From a virus (lineage: Duplodnaviria; Caudoviricetes): a stretch of 64,000 bases of DNA. Shown piece after piece: positions 8,806 to 18,632 of the stretch; position 1 is the first letter of the stretch; each line of letters opens with the position of its first letter. A model generated the notes under the pieces. That model searched no databases. It saw only the letters and a list, made by a program, of their open reading frames with translations, and was not told the origin of the DNA. Location of the stretch: IMG/VR virus record IMGVR_UViG_3300028738_000008; one strand, given 5' to 3'. The position numbers and the translations under genes were made by a program.

Positions 8806-10449
8806 CTAGTTTAAATCGCCGATTCCGAATGTCTGTAGACCATCGCAGAAGATTCTACCGAAGTAACGGTTAAGAACCATTTTCTTAGCATAACGAGTGA
8901 TGATACCACGTATTGGTGTGAAATCAAAAGGGTTATACATTACAGGTGTTAACTGCATGGGAACGTAGGGAGCATAAATGTAACCGGTTTCTAGGATACT
9001 TGTTCCTTTGTGACCGATAAGGATCGTGTTTGCTGGTGCATATGGGTCACGATACACAAGGTAACGTGCTGATAATGTACCTACTTTTTCGATACCCATG
9101 TTATATTTATCCTGTTCTGGGTCTGCATTAGACACGTGGAAATACTCTAAGTCATCCATTACGGCACTAACTTCTGGAGAAACAACGATCCAAGATGCGC
9201 CACCACGAAGGGTAGATTTGTGAATCTGAGCACTGATCTGGTTGATCTTGGTTAACAAGGTCTGATTCCAGTCTTTCTGTGTACCCATGTAGGCAGTAGT
9301 CTGACGTCTAAGACCGTTATAGTCCCAACGTGCTGTCCAAGCTGCACCTCTACGTAAGTCACGTAAGATTTCTCTGTCGATTTCAGCTGCCATTTGTTCT
9401 GACAATAAAGCAGTCAATTCAGCTTCTGCATCGATGTTGTGGAATGCGCTAACGTCCTGTGCAAGTTCTGGAGTCCACTGTGATCTCATTTTACGAGTTT
9501 CAACAGAAACAGTTACCTGATCAAGAACGAAAGTTACCTCAGCCATGTGAGAATCTTCTTCAAGATCGCTGTATGTTCTGTAAGTATAGTTGAAAGTTAC
9601 GCCAGAAGTTGCAGCTGATAATGGTTGGTAACCATCTGCGCCTGGGTATGTTAGGTCAACGATCAATTCAATAACGCCAGCTGTATTGACAATTGCTTGT
9701 CCGTATTTCTGAACCTTAACATTGAAAGGAAGAGTTGCTCCAGCAAGAATGCTTTCAGTTGCAAAAGCAGCTGGTGCATTGAAGGCTGTGTTGGAAGTGA
9801 TTTTCAAACCTGCAAGGAATGATTCAGTATCCTGAGCAGCACCCTTAGGCCCGATCAATTTACCTTGTTCTGTTGCAGTGAAACCACTGAATTTTACACT
9901 TACATACTTGTCACCAACAACATATGTTGAAACAGTTGTACCTGTGTTAGTGGTAATTTCCCCTTTAGAGTTGTCGAACAATGAAGTTCCTTCGTCGTTG
10001 TAGCTCTGAGCATAGAATGCATCATACAATGAACGTGATTCGTACTGAGTACCAGCATCTGGTTGATTGTCAGCAGCATTTCCATAAGCACCACGAGGGG
10101 CCGTATGAGGAGCAGTACTAGTTTTAGGGTTGATGTAATACAATTTACCGATAGGTAAATTCAACGCCTGAACACTAACGATATCGTTGGCAAGCAATTT
10201 TGCGAATACCCTACGAATTACAGGGAACGCAACAGTCTCAAACTGACCTGATGATGCTGAATCGGTTGATTCATTGATCATATAAGATAACTGGTTTTCG
10301 AAAAGCTGTGCGCAGTTTTCTTTTACATGTCCGTCAAGACCTTTAAGCAAACCGATTTTTTCCCAACGGTTTGTAGTTATTTCTCTTTGTTCACGAAGTT
10401 GTTTAAGACCAATGTTTCCTACTTCGTTACTTTCTGTTAAAAATCCCAT
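8806..10449 (-). CDS. major capsid protein, T4 gp23 family
   Basis: VSVQALNLPIGKLYY, TRKMRSQWTPELAQDVSAFHNIDAEAELTALLSEQMAAEIDREI, GYIYAPYVP, RGIITRYA. Confidence 0.96.
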   Translation of the reverse strand: MGFLTESNEVGNIGLKQLREQREITTNRWEKIGLLKGLDGHVKENCAQLFENQLSYMINESTDSASSGQFETVAFPVIRRVFAKLLANDIVSVQALNLPIGKLYYINPKTSTAPHTAPRGAYGNAADNQPDAGTQYESRSLYDAFYAQSYNDEGTSLFDNSKGEITTNTGTTVSTYVVGDKYVSVKFSGFTATEQGKLIGPKGAAQDTESFLAGLKITSNTAFNAPAAFATESILAGATLPFNVKVQKYGQAIVNTAGVIELIVDLTYPGADGYQPLSAATSGVTFNYTYRTYSDLEEDSHMAEVTFVLDQVTVSVETRKMRSQWTPELAQDVSAFHNIDAEAELTALLSEQMAAEIDREILRDLRRGAAWTARWDYNGLRRQTTAYMGTQKDWNQTLLTKINQISAQIHKSTLRGGASWIVVSPEVSAVMDDLEYFHVSNADPEQDKYNMGIEKVGTLSARYLVYRDPYAPANTILIGHKGTSILETGYIYAPYVPMQLTPVMYNPFDFTPIRGIITRYAKKMVLNRYFGRIFCDGLQTFGIGDLN

Positions 10450-10492
10450 AGTTTTTTTAATTTTTATTCTTTATTTCTTATGTTTGCCTAAA

Positions 10493-11836
10493 TTATCTTT
10501 TTTCAACGTAGTCAATAACCTTCTGCATTCTTCTCATGTGCTCGTTATTGATGTAAGTAGTTTTTTCGCTCACTTCATCTAATTTTTGTTTTGAAGACGG
10601 CTGTATAGAGGCTGATACTTTCGCTTCAAGACTTTCAGTGATAGGTTTCTTTCCTTTTTTCATTTCTGAAATAACGGATTTGTACTTATTCTGTGATTCG
10701 GTGATATCATTAATGTTTTTGAATTCATTAATAACTTTTAATTTTTCTTGTTGAGTCAATGCTAATTCTTCATTTATCAAGATATTGTTAACATGTGCAA
10801 GGTTGGTATTAAATACAGCCATTTCTTTTAACTGAGTTCTGTATTTTCCCAAGGCAGTTTTGTATTTGTCGATAATTGCCGTAGCTTCTTCGTTCAACTT
10901 AATAGTAGCATTCAATTTCTTGGTTACTGCTTTGTTTTCGTTGATAAGTCCAGCTACTTTCTTTTTAGACTCTTGCATAAAGGCTGGAGACTGATCCTTT
11001 TCGCCTGCGCTAAGATATTCATTGTTTGGGGTATGTCTGCCAGTGTTGTTACGTCTAGCAGTATAAGACAAACCATGAGATTCATCAACTTCGGGTTCAT
11101 TTGAAAATTCTTCTTCCTGTAATGCACTGTCGATTTCGTCGTCAGATGGAAGTTCGATTTCATATACAGAATCAAGACCTTCTTCCGCACCTGCTTCTGT
11201 TGAATCGTCAAATGATGTTTCTGCACCTGCTTCTGTGTCACCTGTGACATCAGTTTCTGGTTCAGTACCTTCAAGACCCATTGCAGCTATAATGCTATCC
11301 AATTTATTTCTTAATTCGATTAATTCGTTTCCAACACTTTCGTCGTCGCCAACTTCTTCGCCTGCGGCTTTTTCACCTGCTTCTTCACCTTCTGGTTCAT
11401 TGCCTTCAATTCCGCCATCTGGAGCTTCTTCGCCTGTGTCGCTCATGTTATCAAATTCTGATAATTCCCTTTCAATGTCTTCCATTGTCAGAGACATGCC
11501 ACCAGCATTTGCGTCACCTTCTGTTTGATCAAATTCTTCTTTGATTACATCCTTTGCTGGGATGTCTTTACCTTTAACTTTTTTCTCGGTCTCTTTGGTT
11601 TTCATAACAGAATCTTTGTTTTTTTTATCGTCCGATTCTTCGGACTCTTTATTTTTGTCAACATCATCCTTGTCGGATTCTTCTGTTGATTTTTTATTTT
11701 TCTTAAATTCTTCCTTGATCAATTCGCTGATCTTAGCAGGGTATTCTTCAGCCAACAAATTTTTAGCTCTTGCCGTAGCAGCTTCTTTCAATTGGTTGTA
11801 CTCTATTAAGGCTTCTTTTAATTTATTCTTTTCCAT
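10493..11836 (-). CDS. prohead core/scaffolding protein (gp22-like)
   Basis: Acidic N-terminal half and coiled-coil C-terminal half; located between protease and capsid genes. Confidence 0.75.
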   Translation of the reverse strand: MEKNKLKEALIEYNQLKEAATARAKNLLAEEYPAKISELIKEEFKKNKKSTEESDKDDVDKNKESEESDDKKNKDSVMKTKETEKKVKGKDIPAKDVIKEEFDQTEGDANAGGMSLTMEDIERELSEFDNMSDTGEEAPDGGIEGNEPEGEEAGEKAAGEEVGDDESVGNELIELRNKLDSIIAAMGLEGTEPETDVTGDTEAGAETSFDDSTEAGAEEGLDSVYEIELPSDDEIDSALQEEEFSNEPEVDESHGLSYTARRNNTGRHTPNNEYLSAGEKDQSPAFMQESKKKVAGLINENKAVTKKLNATIKLNEEATAIIDKYKTALGKYRTQLKEMAVFNTNLAHVNNILINEELALTQQEKLKVINEFKNINDITESQNKYKSVISEMKKGKKPITESLEAKVSASIQPSSKQKLDEVSEKTTYINNEHMRRMQKVIDYVEKR

Positions 11837-11921
11837 ATTAATAATCGTAATTAATTTAATATTTTACTAATAAATACATTTCATTTGTAAAAAAGTATAT
11901 ATTTTTAATAAAATAATTTAT

Positions 11922-12602
11922 TTATAGTAAAAATTTATCGAGTGCATTTAACATCTTATCCTCGCTCTCACTCAGCTTTTTAGTTGCAACAATTGGTTTT
12001 TCACCGTTATCTGGAAACAAAAAGGCCCCAGGCGTACTAGGTGAACTAACTAAGTCAAAGCTAATTAGCTCGAAATCGTCTTGCACATAATTCTCGCCTC
12101 TGATCTCTTTTAATGTTCCAACGCCTCTAGAAGAAATCCCTAATTTGATCTTATTCATAATGTATAAAAGTATCTTATCGCCTATAACAGATACAACGCC
12201 ACTTCTTATGAAACCTGGGCTGACGATCAATTTTAGCTTACCATATAAAGTATTTTCGTTATCATCAGTGCCCCACCACATCTTTGTGATCATATGTGAT
12301 ATGTTTTGTAATGATATAACAGAACTATCTGGATGGTCTGTTTCGCCCATAGCCTGATTGTTATCTACCAGCTTTTGGTATTCCAAAATTTGCGGCAATA
12401 ACACTTCCTTGGAATATATTCTACCGTTCTTATTTTTTACACCCCATTTCTGCAAAATACACGTAATCATCACTGGTTCATTTTCTTTAAACTGAAAACT
12501 TTCCGTAATGAGTTCTTGATTTAGTTCTGCTGATATGTAGCCTGAATCAGATTCAATCAATATCCCGAATCCACACTCGCCTTTTTTTAATATATTGCTC
12601 AT
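11922..12602 (-). CDS. prohead protease, T4 gp21 family
   Basis: NKNGRIYSKEVL, MGETDHP, SHMITKMW, LGISSRGVG, FDLVSSPSTPGA. Confidence 0.93.
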   Translation of the reverse strand: MSNILKKGECGFGILIESDSGYISAELNQELITESFQFKENEPVMITCILQKWGVKNKNGRIYSKEVLLPQILEYQKLVDNNQAMGETDHPDSSVISLQNISHMITKMWWGTDDNENTLYGKLKLIVSPGFIRSGVVSVIGDKILLYIMNKIKLGISSRGVGTLKEIRGENYVQDDFELISFDLVSSPSTPGAFLFPDNGEKPIVATKKLSESEDKMLNALDKFLL

Positions 12603-12688
12603 CTAATGTGTTATTTTCTATATAAATAGTTGAGATTAAATATAAAGTAGTATTTTTGTTTATTAACTATTTATTTTAAACTTATACA

Positions 12689-15600
12689 ATGGCTGTCAAT
12701 TTAATCGATCCTAATGAAATAAATAATGAGAATGTTATTAATGGTGCTCCACAGTATCAAGACATGCATATTTTCGCCAAATTAACAGCCACTGCAAAGG
12801 ATAGAACTGTTATAACTATTAATGGCAACTCTGCCAAAGTGAAGACAGAAAGTGGATCAGATTTTGAAACCAATTTTCTAGGTGGAAATAAGAACCTTGA
12901 CTTTACCACAAATTGGTATGACGGAAGTACACCGAATACTCAGGAAGCATTTGGTATTACGTCTATAAAAACTGTTATTAATTCGTCCTTCATACCGCAG
13001 GTGAATATCAAATTTGCTGACATTCGAGGATTATCATTCTTTAATAATGCCGAATCACCATATAGAATATTATTTGACTTTCCGCCTCCAACATTTGAGC
13101 TGACCATAAAAGGATTTTATGGAAAGGCTCTTACATATAAATTACATTTAGTTAAATATACTAGTGAGTTTCAGTCAGAAACTGGCAACTTTGTTATTGA
13201 TGCAGACTTTGTAGCTATGACTTATGCACCATTAAGCGATGTCTTGCTTCAATATTCGGCTCATACAGCATTTATAGGTAAAGGCGAAACGCTTAGCACC
13301 AATGTTGGTGTTAGACCTACTAATACGCTTGATCTTATCGAAAAGATTAAGAATTTGTATTCGGTTTTACCAAACAAAATAAAAAATGATGTTAACAGTG
13401 GCGTATTAACAAAGTCAATTACAGGTATTGAAAATAATTCAGAAGCCTTTACATTCCTTTCGTCATTCAAAGAAGACGAATACTTAAGAGTAGGTAGTCC
13501 TGAGATATATACACTGACAACCGATGCCGCTAAGACAGATAATGAGCAATTGGTACTAATTCCATCCTTTAACAGCTATAGAAGCAAATATAAGGACTAT
13601 AATTATGTCACTAAGAATTCACCAAAGCCAGCCTTATTAATAGGATTTGAAACAGGTGTTTTGGCTGGAACTACAACTATTACCCCAACGCAAGTTTTTA
13701 CAACTGTAACTGACAGCACTACCAATATGTTGATAAATGCTTTGAAGAATTATACTACAGAAGTTATTAAAAGGTTTGATCTTTTATTCTCTGGCGATGC
13801 TCTATCTTTTACAGGTACTATAAAATCGCCTAAAATAATTAACAATATGAGCAGAAACGGCAATAGAATCGTTGAATATGTTTGTATTGATATTACTGAT
13901 ATGTATAACTTATTGCGTAGCCAAAGTGCTAAGTCCACAAATTCAAAAAATAAAGCTAGCGATGACTTAACTACGAATATAAATAAAATGGTATATGACA
14001 TTCTGGGTATGAACCCTACCATATATAATATATTCGAAATATTGTTAGATGATGTTGACACATTTTTCGATGCTCTAAGATATACCGCAAATAAGGCACA
14101 GAATGAACATACTATTGATAAGGGTTTATTTGTAGCTGATAAGGCGTATACTAATGGAGAGCAGCAGAATACAGATGTAATCTATTCGTTTCCATTGATT
14201 ATCGAAAACAATAAAAGAGAGTCGCCTATAGACCTGCGTGAGAGAATGGGTATTAAATTTCCAGAATTAGACTTTATTGACGATTATATTGCAACTTACT
14301 TAAAATATAAGAAAGAGCTAAAAAAATTACACAGTAAAGATAATGCAAATACAAACGGCGACAATGTTTGGATTCCATTCACGCCAGCCGATTCAGTGTT
14401 TGCCACCAGTCATTCAACTGGCAGTATGACACCATATGATAATCCTAGGGATGCTGGCTATACATATGGTAAACTAATTGAAAGATATAACGTATTGACT
14501 AATACTGTACGCAATGCTGTTCTTAACAACGAATTATATACGCAAATGTATAGTAATTCTGAGGCTATTAATTTAGCAAATTCAATTCAGGATTCTGTTG
14601 TTGTTGATATGATGATCACTCAATCAGATAAATACGCTTCGGATATCAGTTCTTTTCTAACATATGCAAAAAATGAATTATCATCACTATATAATTTCGA
14701 GGACGCATCAGCCAATTTAAATGGCGTTGATTTTTATACGTCACGCGAAAATGATAACTACGTCGGGTTTGAGATTAATAATAAGCTAGACATAACGCCA
14801 AAATCTGACGTAACAGACGAAAGCGATCCATTAAATGCTGCCATAAAGAAAATGAGACCGCCAGTATGGGCATTCATTGATACAGACTATTATGGAAAGA
14901 AATACTTTTACTCAAAGGAAAATGTTTTAGTTATTAAAGACACTAATAATACGCCTGACATGCCTTTCACCGCTACAAAATTCTTGTGTGGACATGGTGA
15001 CGCAACATCGCACACAATTGATCAATTGTTTAACAGTGGAAATATTCTATACGACTCATTGGTAGACAAGGTTACTGCCTTTGAGTTGAAAAATGCAGGC
15101 GACTTTATAGACATATGGTCAACATTTTTGGGCGCACATGCTAAAACGTTATTTGACACTTATGGCATGACAACATTGAATGATCCAGAAATGTTATCTT
15201 TATTTTATTTGTCCAGCTTTGGAAATACATGCTCAATGTTTAACAAAGCACCAAATTATCTTAATGAGTCAACATTTTCATTTGCATCTATTGTGGAAAT
15301 GCCAGAATTTATGCCAGCATACATTGGAGCAATATTGAGGGTATCATCATCGTCATTTAAAGTTGATGCAATGAAAGAATTATTTAGTAATATAGCTAAT
15401 GTGCATTTATTTGCTGATATGCATGACTGTAACAAATATTTGAGCAAGAATGATAAAGCCGCATTTATTGCGCAATATAACGATTTTATGGCTAGCCGTT
15501 TTCCACAGCTAAGACTTGCGATGGCTAATATGTATACAGTTGCTTTAAATAGAGACGTACTTAATCGTACTAAATATTACGAAGAAGCTATTACTAGCGC

Positions 15601-17764
15601 AGGTATTGATAAATTGATGATGAATAGGATTTATCTGATAAATTATAACGAGATTACATTTAAAATGACTCCAGATAATGACAAGTATACATCATTAGCT
15701 ACTATTGTAACATCACCAGCCTCAAACAAAGCTGTCGGCGACTTCTTCACAACCTTCTTTAAAAAACTTGGCAGTGAATTGAGATTTAGAAAGAAAGCAA
15801 TTGTTGACGATGATAATGCCTTTAAAAGCATGTCACAGGATAAGGATGTTATAAATCAAATGTATTATTCATTTAAAAATATAAATGATAAATGGATTTC
15901 AGGAACAAGCCCAACAATTATAGGTTATCCATTTAATTTAAGTGGAAATAGGCTTATTGATATGTTTGCGTTTGTTGATCGTAGCATGAATCCTATTGGC
16001 GACACAATGATAAATCCTGAAATGCTTGTTAATTTGTTTGAGAGTGATGAAACAAGTATATTCACAGTTCTAAGTACACTATTATCTGTCAACGGATTCG
16101 AATTCTTTCCAATTCAGAATTTTATGACCGTAAAAGGCTCTGAGAATTGGAAAGACTGTTTTAGAATTAACACAGGTACAATTATAAATACCAGTCCAAT
16201 GTATGTCTGCATGTATGTCGGCGGTTCGTCAAATTATCTGTCAAATAGTAACAACAATTACTTTAATGACGGTATTGAAAACTTGGACAAGGAATCACAG
16301 GTCTTTAACGACAAAGCATTTATTTTTGAGAGTGCTGGCGAAAACCTGAATCAAATGAACAATAAAAATGTAGACTGGAGCAATGTGAATGCGTTCAAGA
16401 TTAAATTCGGTGCGCAGAATCAAAGCATGTTTAAAGACATTAAAATTGATAGCAAAGAATTCCCTGAAACAAATGAATCATTGCAAATTTTATCAAGATT
16501 AGCTGGAGACAATTCTAAACAAGCACCGACGCCAAAAGGTCAGAATCTTTTCAATCTTTATGAGAATAGAGCATATAAGGCTACAGTAACAGGACTTGGA
16601 AATGCAATGATTCAACCGACACAGTATTTTCAATTGGAAAACGTTCCCATGTATAATGGCGTGTATTTGATATTGGGCGTTGAGCATAACATCAGTGAAA
16701 ACCATATGACAACCTCTTTCAATGGTACAAAGATATTGAAATATCCTATACCAAGAGTAATCGAGTCATCAGTAGCATTCGGATACGGCGGAAGTAGTTC
16801 GCATGTGTCAAATAATGACGATAACACAGTGGCAGAGATAAAGACTCCAATCGGAGATATGGGTAGGGTTAAATCAATGTATGAACATAAGATCGGTGGG
16901 GCATTTGTTAAATTGACAAGCAAAGGTGAAGACTTTATTAAATCAGTGTGTGCAAGTTATCATCACAATGAATTATTCTCAAAAACCGCTTATTATAATG
17001 GTATACAGAGAACATGGGTAGCAACGCCGTCATACACACACCGAACAATGGACGCAAATGGTAATGTACTTTCAGAAACTCCTAATGTTGTAATGACAAA
17101 TAGCAATTATGCTGAGGCAATTATCTCGATGATTAATTACTATTCAGCTAAATATAATTTGAATGCAAACATTATAGCGGCTGAGGAATATAAAGAATCT
17201 GGATATAGAACTGCAAACTATTCGTATAATAAAGACAGAACGGTTGCAGCTATGGGCATGTCACAATTTATAACTGAAACAGCTATACGTGCTATATTAA
17301 AATCATCTGAATTTACATCAACCGAAAAGAATAGCTTACTTAAAGGCATGAGTACTAATGATACAGCTATGCTTTTAAGTCCATTTAAGAGTAATTCTGA
17401 AATTAAGTACGAAAGAAATATCATGAAATCCGACACCAATTTGCCTATATTCATGCAAAACGTATTTGATAATCCAGAAATAATGATAAAAGCTCACTGT
17501 TCACTAATTGAATCGATTGAGAGACAGTGTAATGGACTTGCATCTAGTAGTATCTTCTGTTATTATCATGGATCACATTATGCAAAAAACTATGCCGCCA
17601 CAATCGAAAGAGCTAGGATGAATGGCATAAGTGAGGCGGATATATCTACAGGTGTAAAATATGTATATGGTATTTTTGATACGTTGAATAAGTCGTTCTA
17701 TGCAGCAAACATTCTGAAAATGGACGAGCTAGCCTTGGACGATCATAGTACACATTTAGCATAA
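12689..17764 (+). CDS. large baseplate-hub-like protein with C-terminal lytic transglycosylase domain
   Basis: YKATVTGLGNAMIQPTQYFQLENVP..NGVYLILGVEHNI (hub fold-like); NIIAAEEYKESGY...AMGMSQFI (SLT catalytic motif). Confidence 0.65.
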   Translation: MAVNLIDPNEINNENVINGAPQYQDMHIFAKLTATAKDRTVITINGNSAKVKTESGSDFETNFLGGNKNLDFTTNWYDGSTPNTQEAFGITSIKTVINSSFIPQVNIKFADIRGLSFFNNAESPYRILFDFPPPTFELTIKGFYGKALTYKLHLVKYTSEFQSETGNFVIDADFVAMTYAPLSDVLLQYSAHTAFIGKGETLSTNVGVRPTNTLDLIEKIKNLYSVLPNKIKNDVNSGVLTKSITGIENNSEAFTFLSSFKEDEYLRVGSPEIYTLTTDAAKTDNEQLVLIPSFNSYRSKYKDYNYVTKNSPKPALLIGFETGVLAGTTTITPTQVFTTVTDSTTNMLINALKNYTTEVIKRFDLLFSGDALSFTGTIKSPKIINNMSRNGNRIVEYVCIDITDMYNLLRSQSAKSTNSKNKASDDLTTNINKMVYDILGMNPTIYNIFEILLDDVDTFFDALRYTANKAQNEHTIDKGLFVADKAYTNGEQQNTDVIYSFPLIIENNKRESPIDLRERMGIKFPELDFIDDYIATYLKYKKELKKLHSKDNANTNGDNVWIPFTPADSVFATSHSTGSMTPYDNPRDAGYTYGKLIERYNVLTNTVRNAVLNNELYTQMYSNSEAINLANSIQDSVVVDMMITQSDKYASDISSFLTYAKNELSSLYNFEDASANLNGVDFYTSRENDNYVGFEINNKLDITPKSDVTDESDPLNAAIKKMRPPVWAFIDTDYYGKKYFYSKENVLVIKDTNNTPDMPFTATKFLCGHGDATSHTIDQLFNSGNILYDSLVDKVTAFELKNAGDFIDIWSTFLGAHAKTLFDTYGMTTLNDPEMLSLFYLSSFGNTCSMFNKAPNYLNESTFSFASIVEMPEFMPAYIGAILRVSSSSFKVDAMKELFSNIANVHLFADMHDCNKYLSKNDKAAFIAQYNDFMASRFPQLRLAMANMYTVALNRDVLNRTKYYEEAITSAGIDKLMMNRIYLINYNEITFKMTPDNDKYTSLATIVTSPASNKAVGDFFTTFFKKLGSELRFRKKAIVDDDNAFKSMSQDKDVINQMYYSFKNINDKWISGTSPTIIGYPFNLSGNRLIDMFAFVDRSMNPIGDTMINPEMLVNLFESDETSIFTVLSTLLSVNGFEFFPIQNFMTVKGSENWKDCFRINTGTIINTSPMYVCMYVGGSSNYLSNSNNNYFNDGIENLDKESQVFNDKAFIFESAGENLNQMNNKNVDWSNVNAFKIKFGAQNQSMFKDIKIDSKEFPETNESLQILSRLAGDNSKQAPTPKGQNLFNLYENRAYKATVTGLGNAMIQPTQYFQLENVPMYNGVYLILGVEHNISENHMTTSFNGTKILKYPIPRVIESSVAFGYGGSSSHVSNNDDNTVAEIKTPIGDMGRVKSMYEHKIGGAFVKLTSKGEDFIKSVCASYHHNELFSKTAYYNGIQRTWVATPSYTHRTMDANGNVLSETPNVVMTNSNYAEAIISMINYYSAKYNLNANIIAAEEYKESGYRTANYSYNKDRTVAAMGMSQFITETAIRAILKSSEFTSTEKNSLLKGMSTNDTAMLLSPFKSNSEIKYERNIMKSDTNLPIFMQNVFDNPEIMIKAHCSLIESIERQCNGLASSSIFCYYHGSHYAKNYAATIERARMNGISEADISTGVKYVYGIFDTLNKSFYAANILKMDELALDDHSTHLA

Positions 17765-17796
17765 AAAAAGCCTCTGAAATTCAGAGGCTTTTTTTT
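17763..17796. terminator. bidirectional intrinsic terminator
   Basis: AAAAAAGCCTCTGA-AAT-TCAGAGGCTTTTTTT between convergent genes. Confidence 0.85.
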
Positions 17797-18553
17797 AAAG
17801 TATTCCCATTTTTAAATCGTATAGCTTTAGAATATCGTCGTCGAACGTTTGTTCCGAGTATTTCATTTCATTTATGCGATCAATGGTTTTAGTTATTTTG
17901 CCTTCAATTTTTCCGTCATTGATGTTTTTCAATAGTAAGATATTTTCAGATATTAATTCATTAAACATTTCTTCTTTGTCTGTACAGTTGATAACTTTTC
18001 TTAAAAATTCGGTTTCAGATTCGTTTAGCTCGGAATATGTTTCATTAAATCTATTCATAGCTATTTCAATAACTTCGTCGTCATACAATTCTTCCACAGC
18101 TTTGCTTTCGCTGATCTTACCTTTCTTTATATGATCAATAACGAAATCCAAAGATTCGTGAATTATGTTTACGTCCACATCAGTACTAATTTTCAATGAT
18201 TCTTGAACTAGGTTTCCAATTGATTCGTATAATTTCAATCTATATTTATCAATTTTTTTAACATCTTCTTTTTTTATGAATCTTTTCAGTTTAGCATGTT
18301 CCGCATCCAACTCTCGCATCGTATAGGTTTCAAACAATTTAACATTGTTGTCAACATATCTCATTGCCTTAATATCTTCTGATATTGTCTTATTTTCAAT
18401 ATTGTCAAATACATTAAATTCAAGCTGTAACAGTTCCGAGCCGTTTAATATTTCAAAAATCTCGGAGACCATGCCAACGCCCTCATTCAAGCTGTTTTCG
18501 ATAATCTTATTTGATATTACTAAATTAGCAATTCCGATATTGATATTGTTCAT
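17795..18553 (-). CDS. head-module hypothetical protein
   Basis: 252 aa helical acidic protein downstream of the portal gene. Confidence 0.7.
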   Translation of the reverse strand: MNNINIGIANLVISNKIIENSLNEGVGMVSEIFEILNGSELLQLEFNVFDNIENKTISEDIKAMRYVDNNVKLFETYTMRELDAEHAKLKRFIKKEDVKKIDKYRLKLYESIGNLVQESLKISTDVDVNIIHESLDFVIDHIKKGKISESKAVEELYDDEVIEIAMNRFNETYSELNESETEFLRKVINCTDKEEMFNELISENILLLKNINDGKIEGKITKTIDRINEMKYSEQTFDDDILKLYDLKMGIL

Positions 18554-18632
18554 AATTGGATATTTAATTTGTATATAAATACTATCACTAAATCATTTGT
18601 TGTATTTATTTATCATTTATTATAACACTTAG

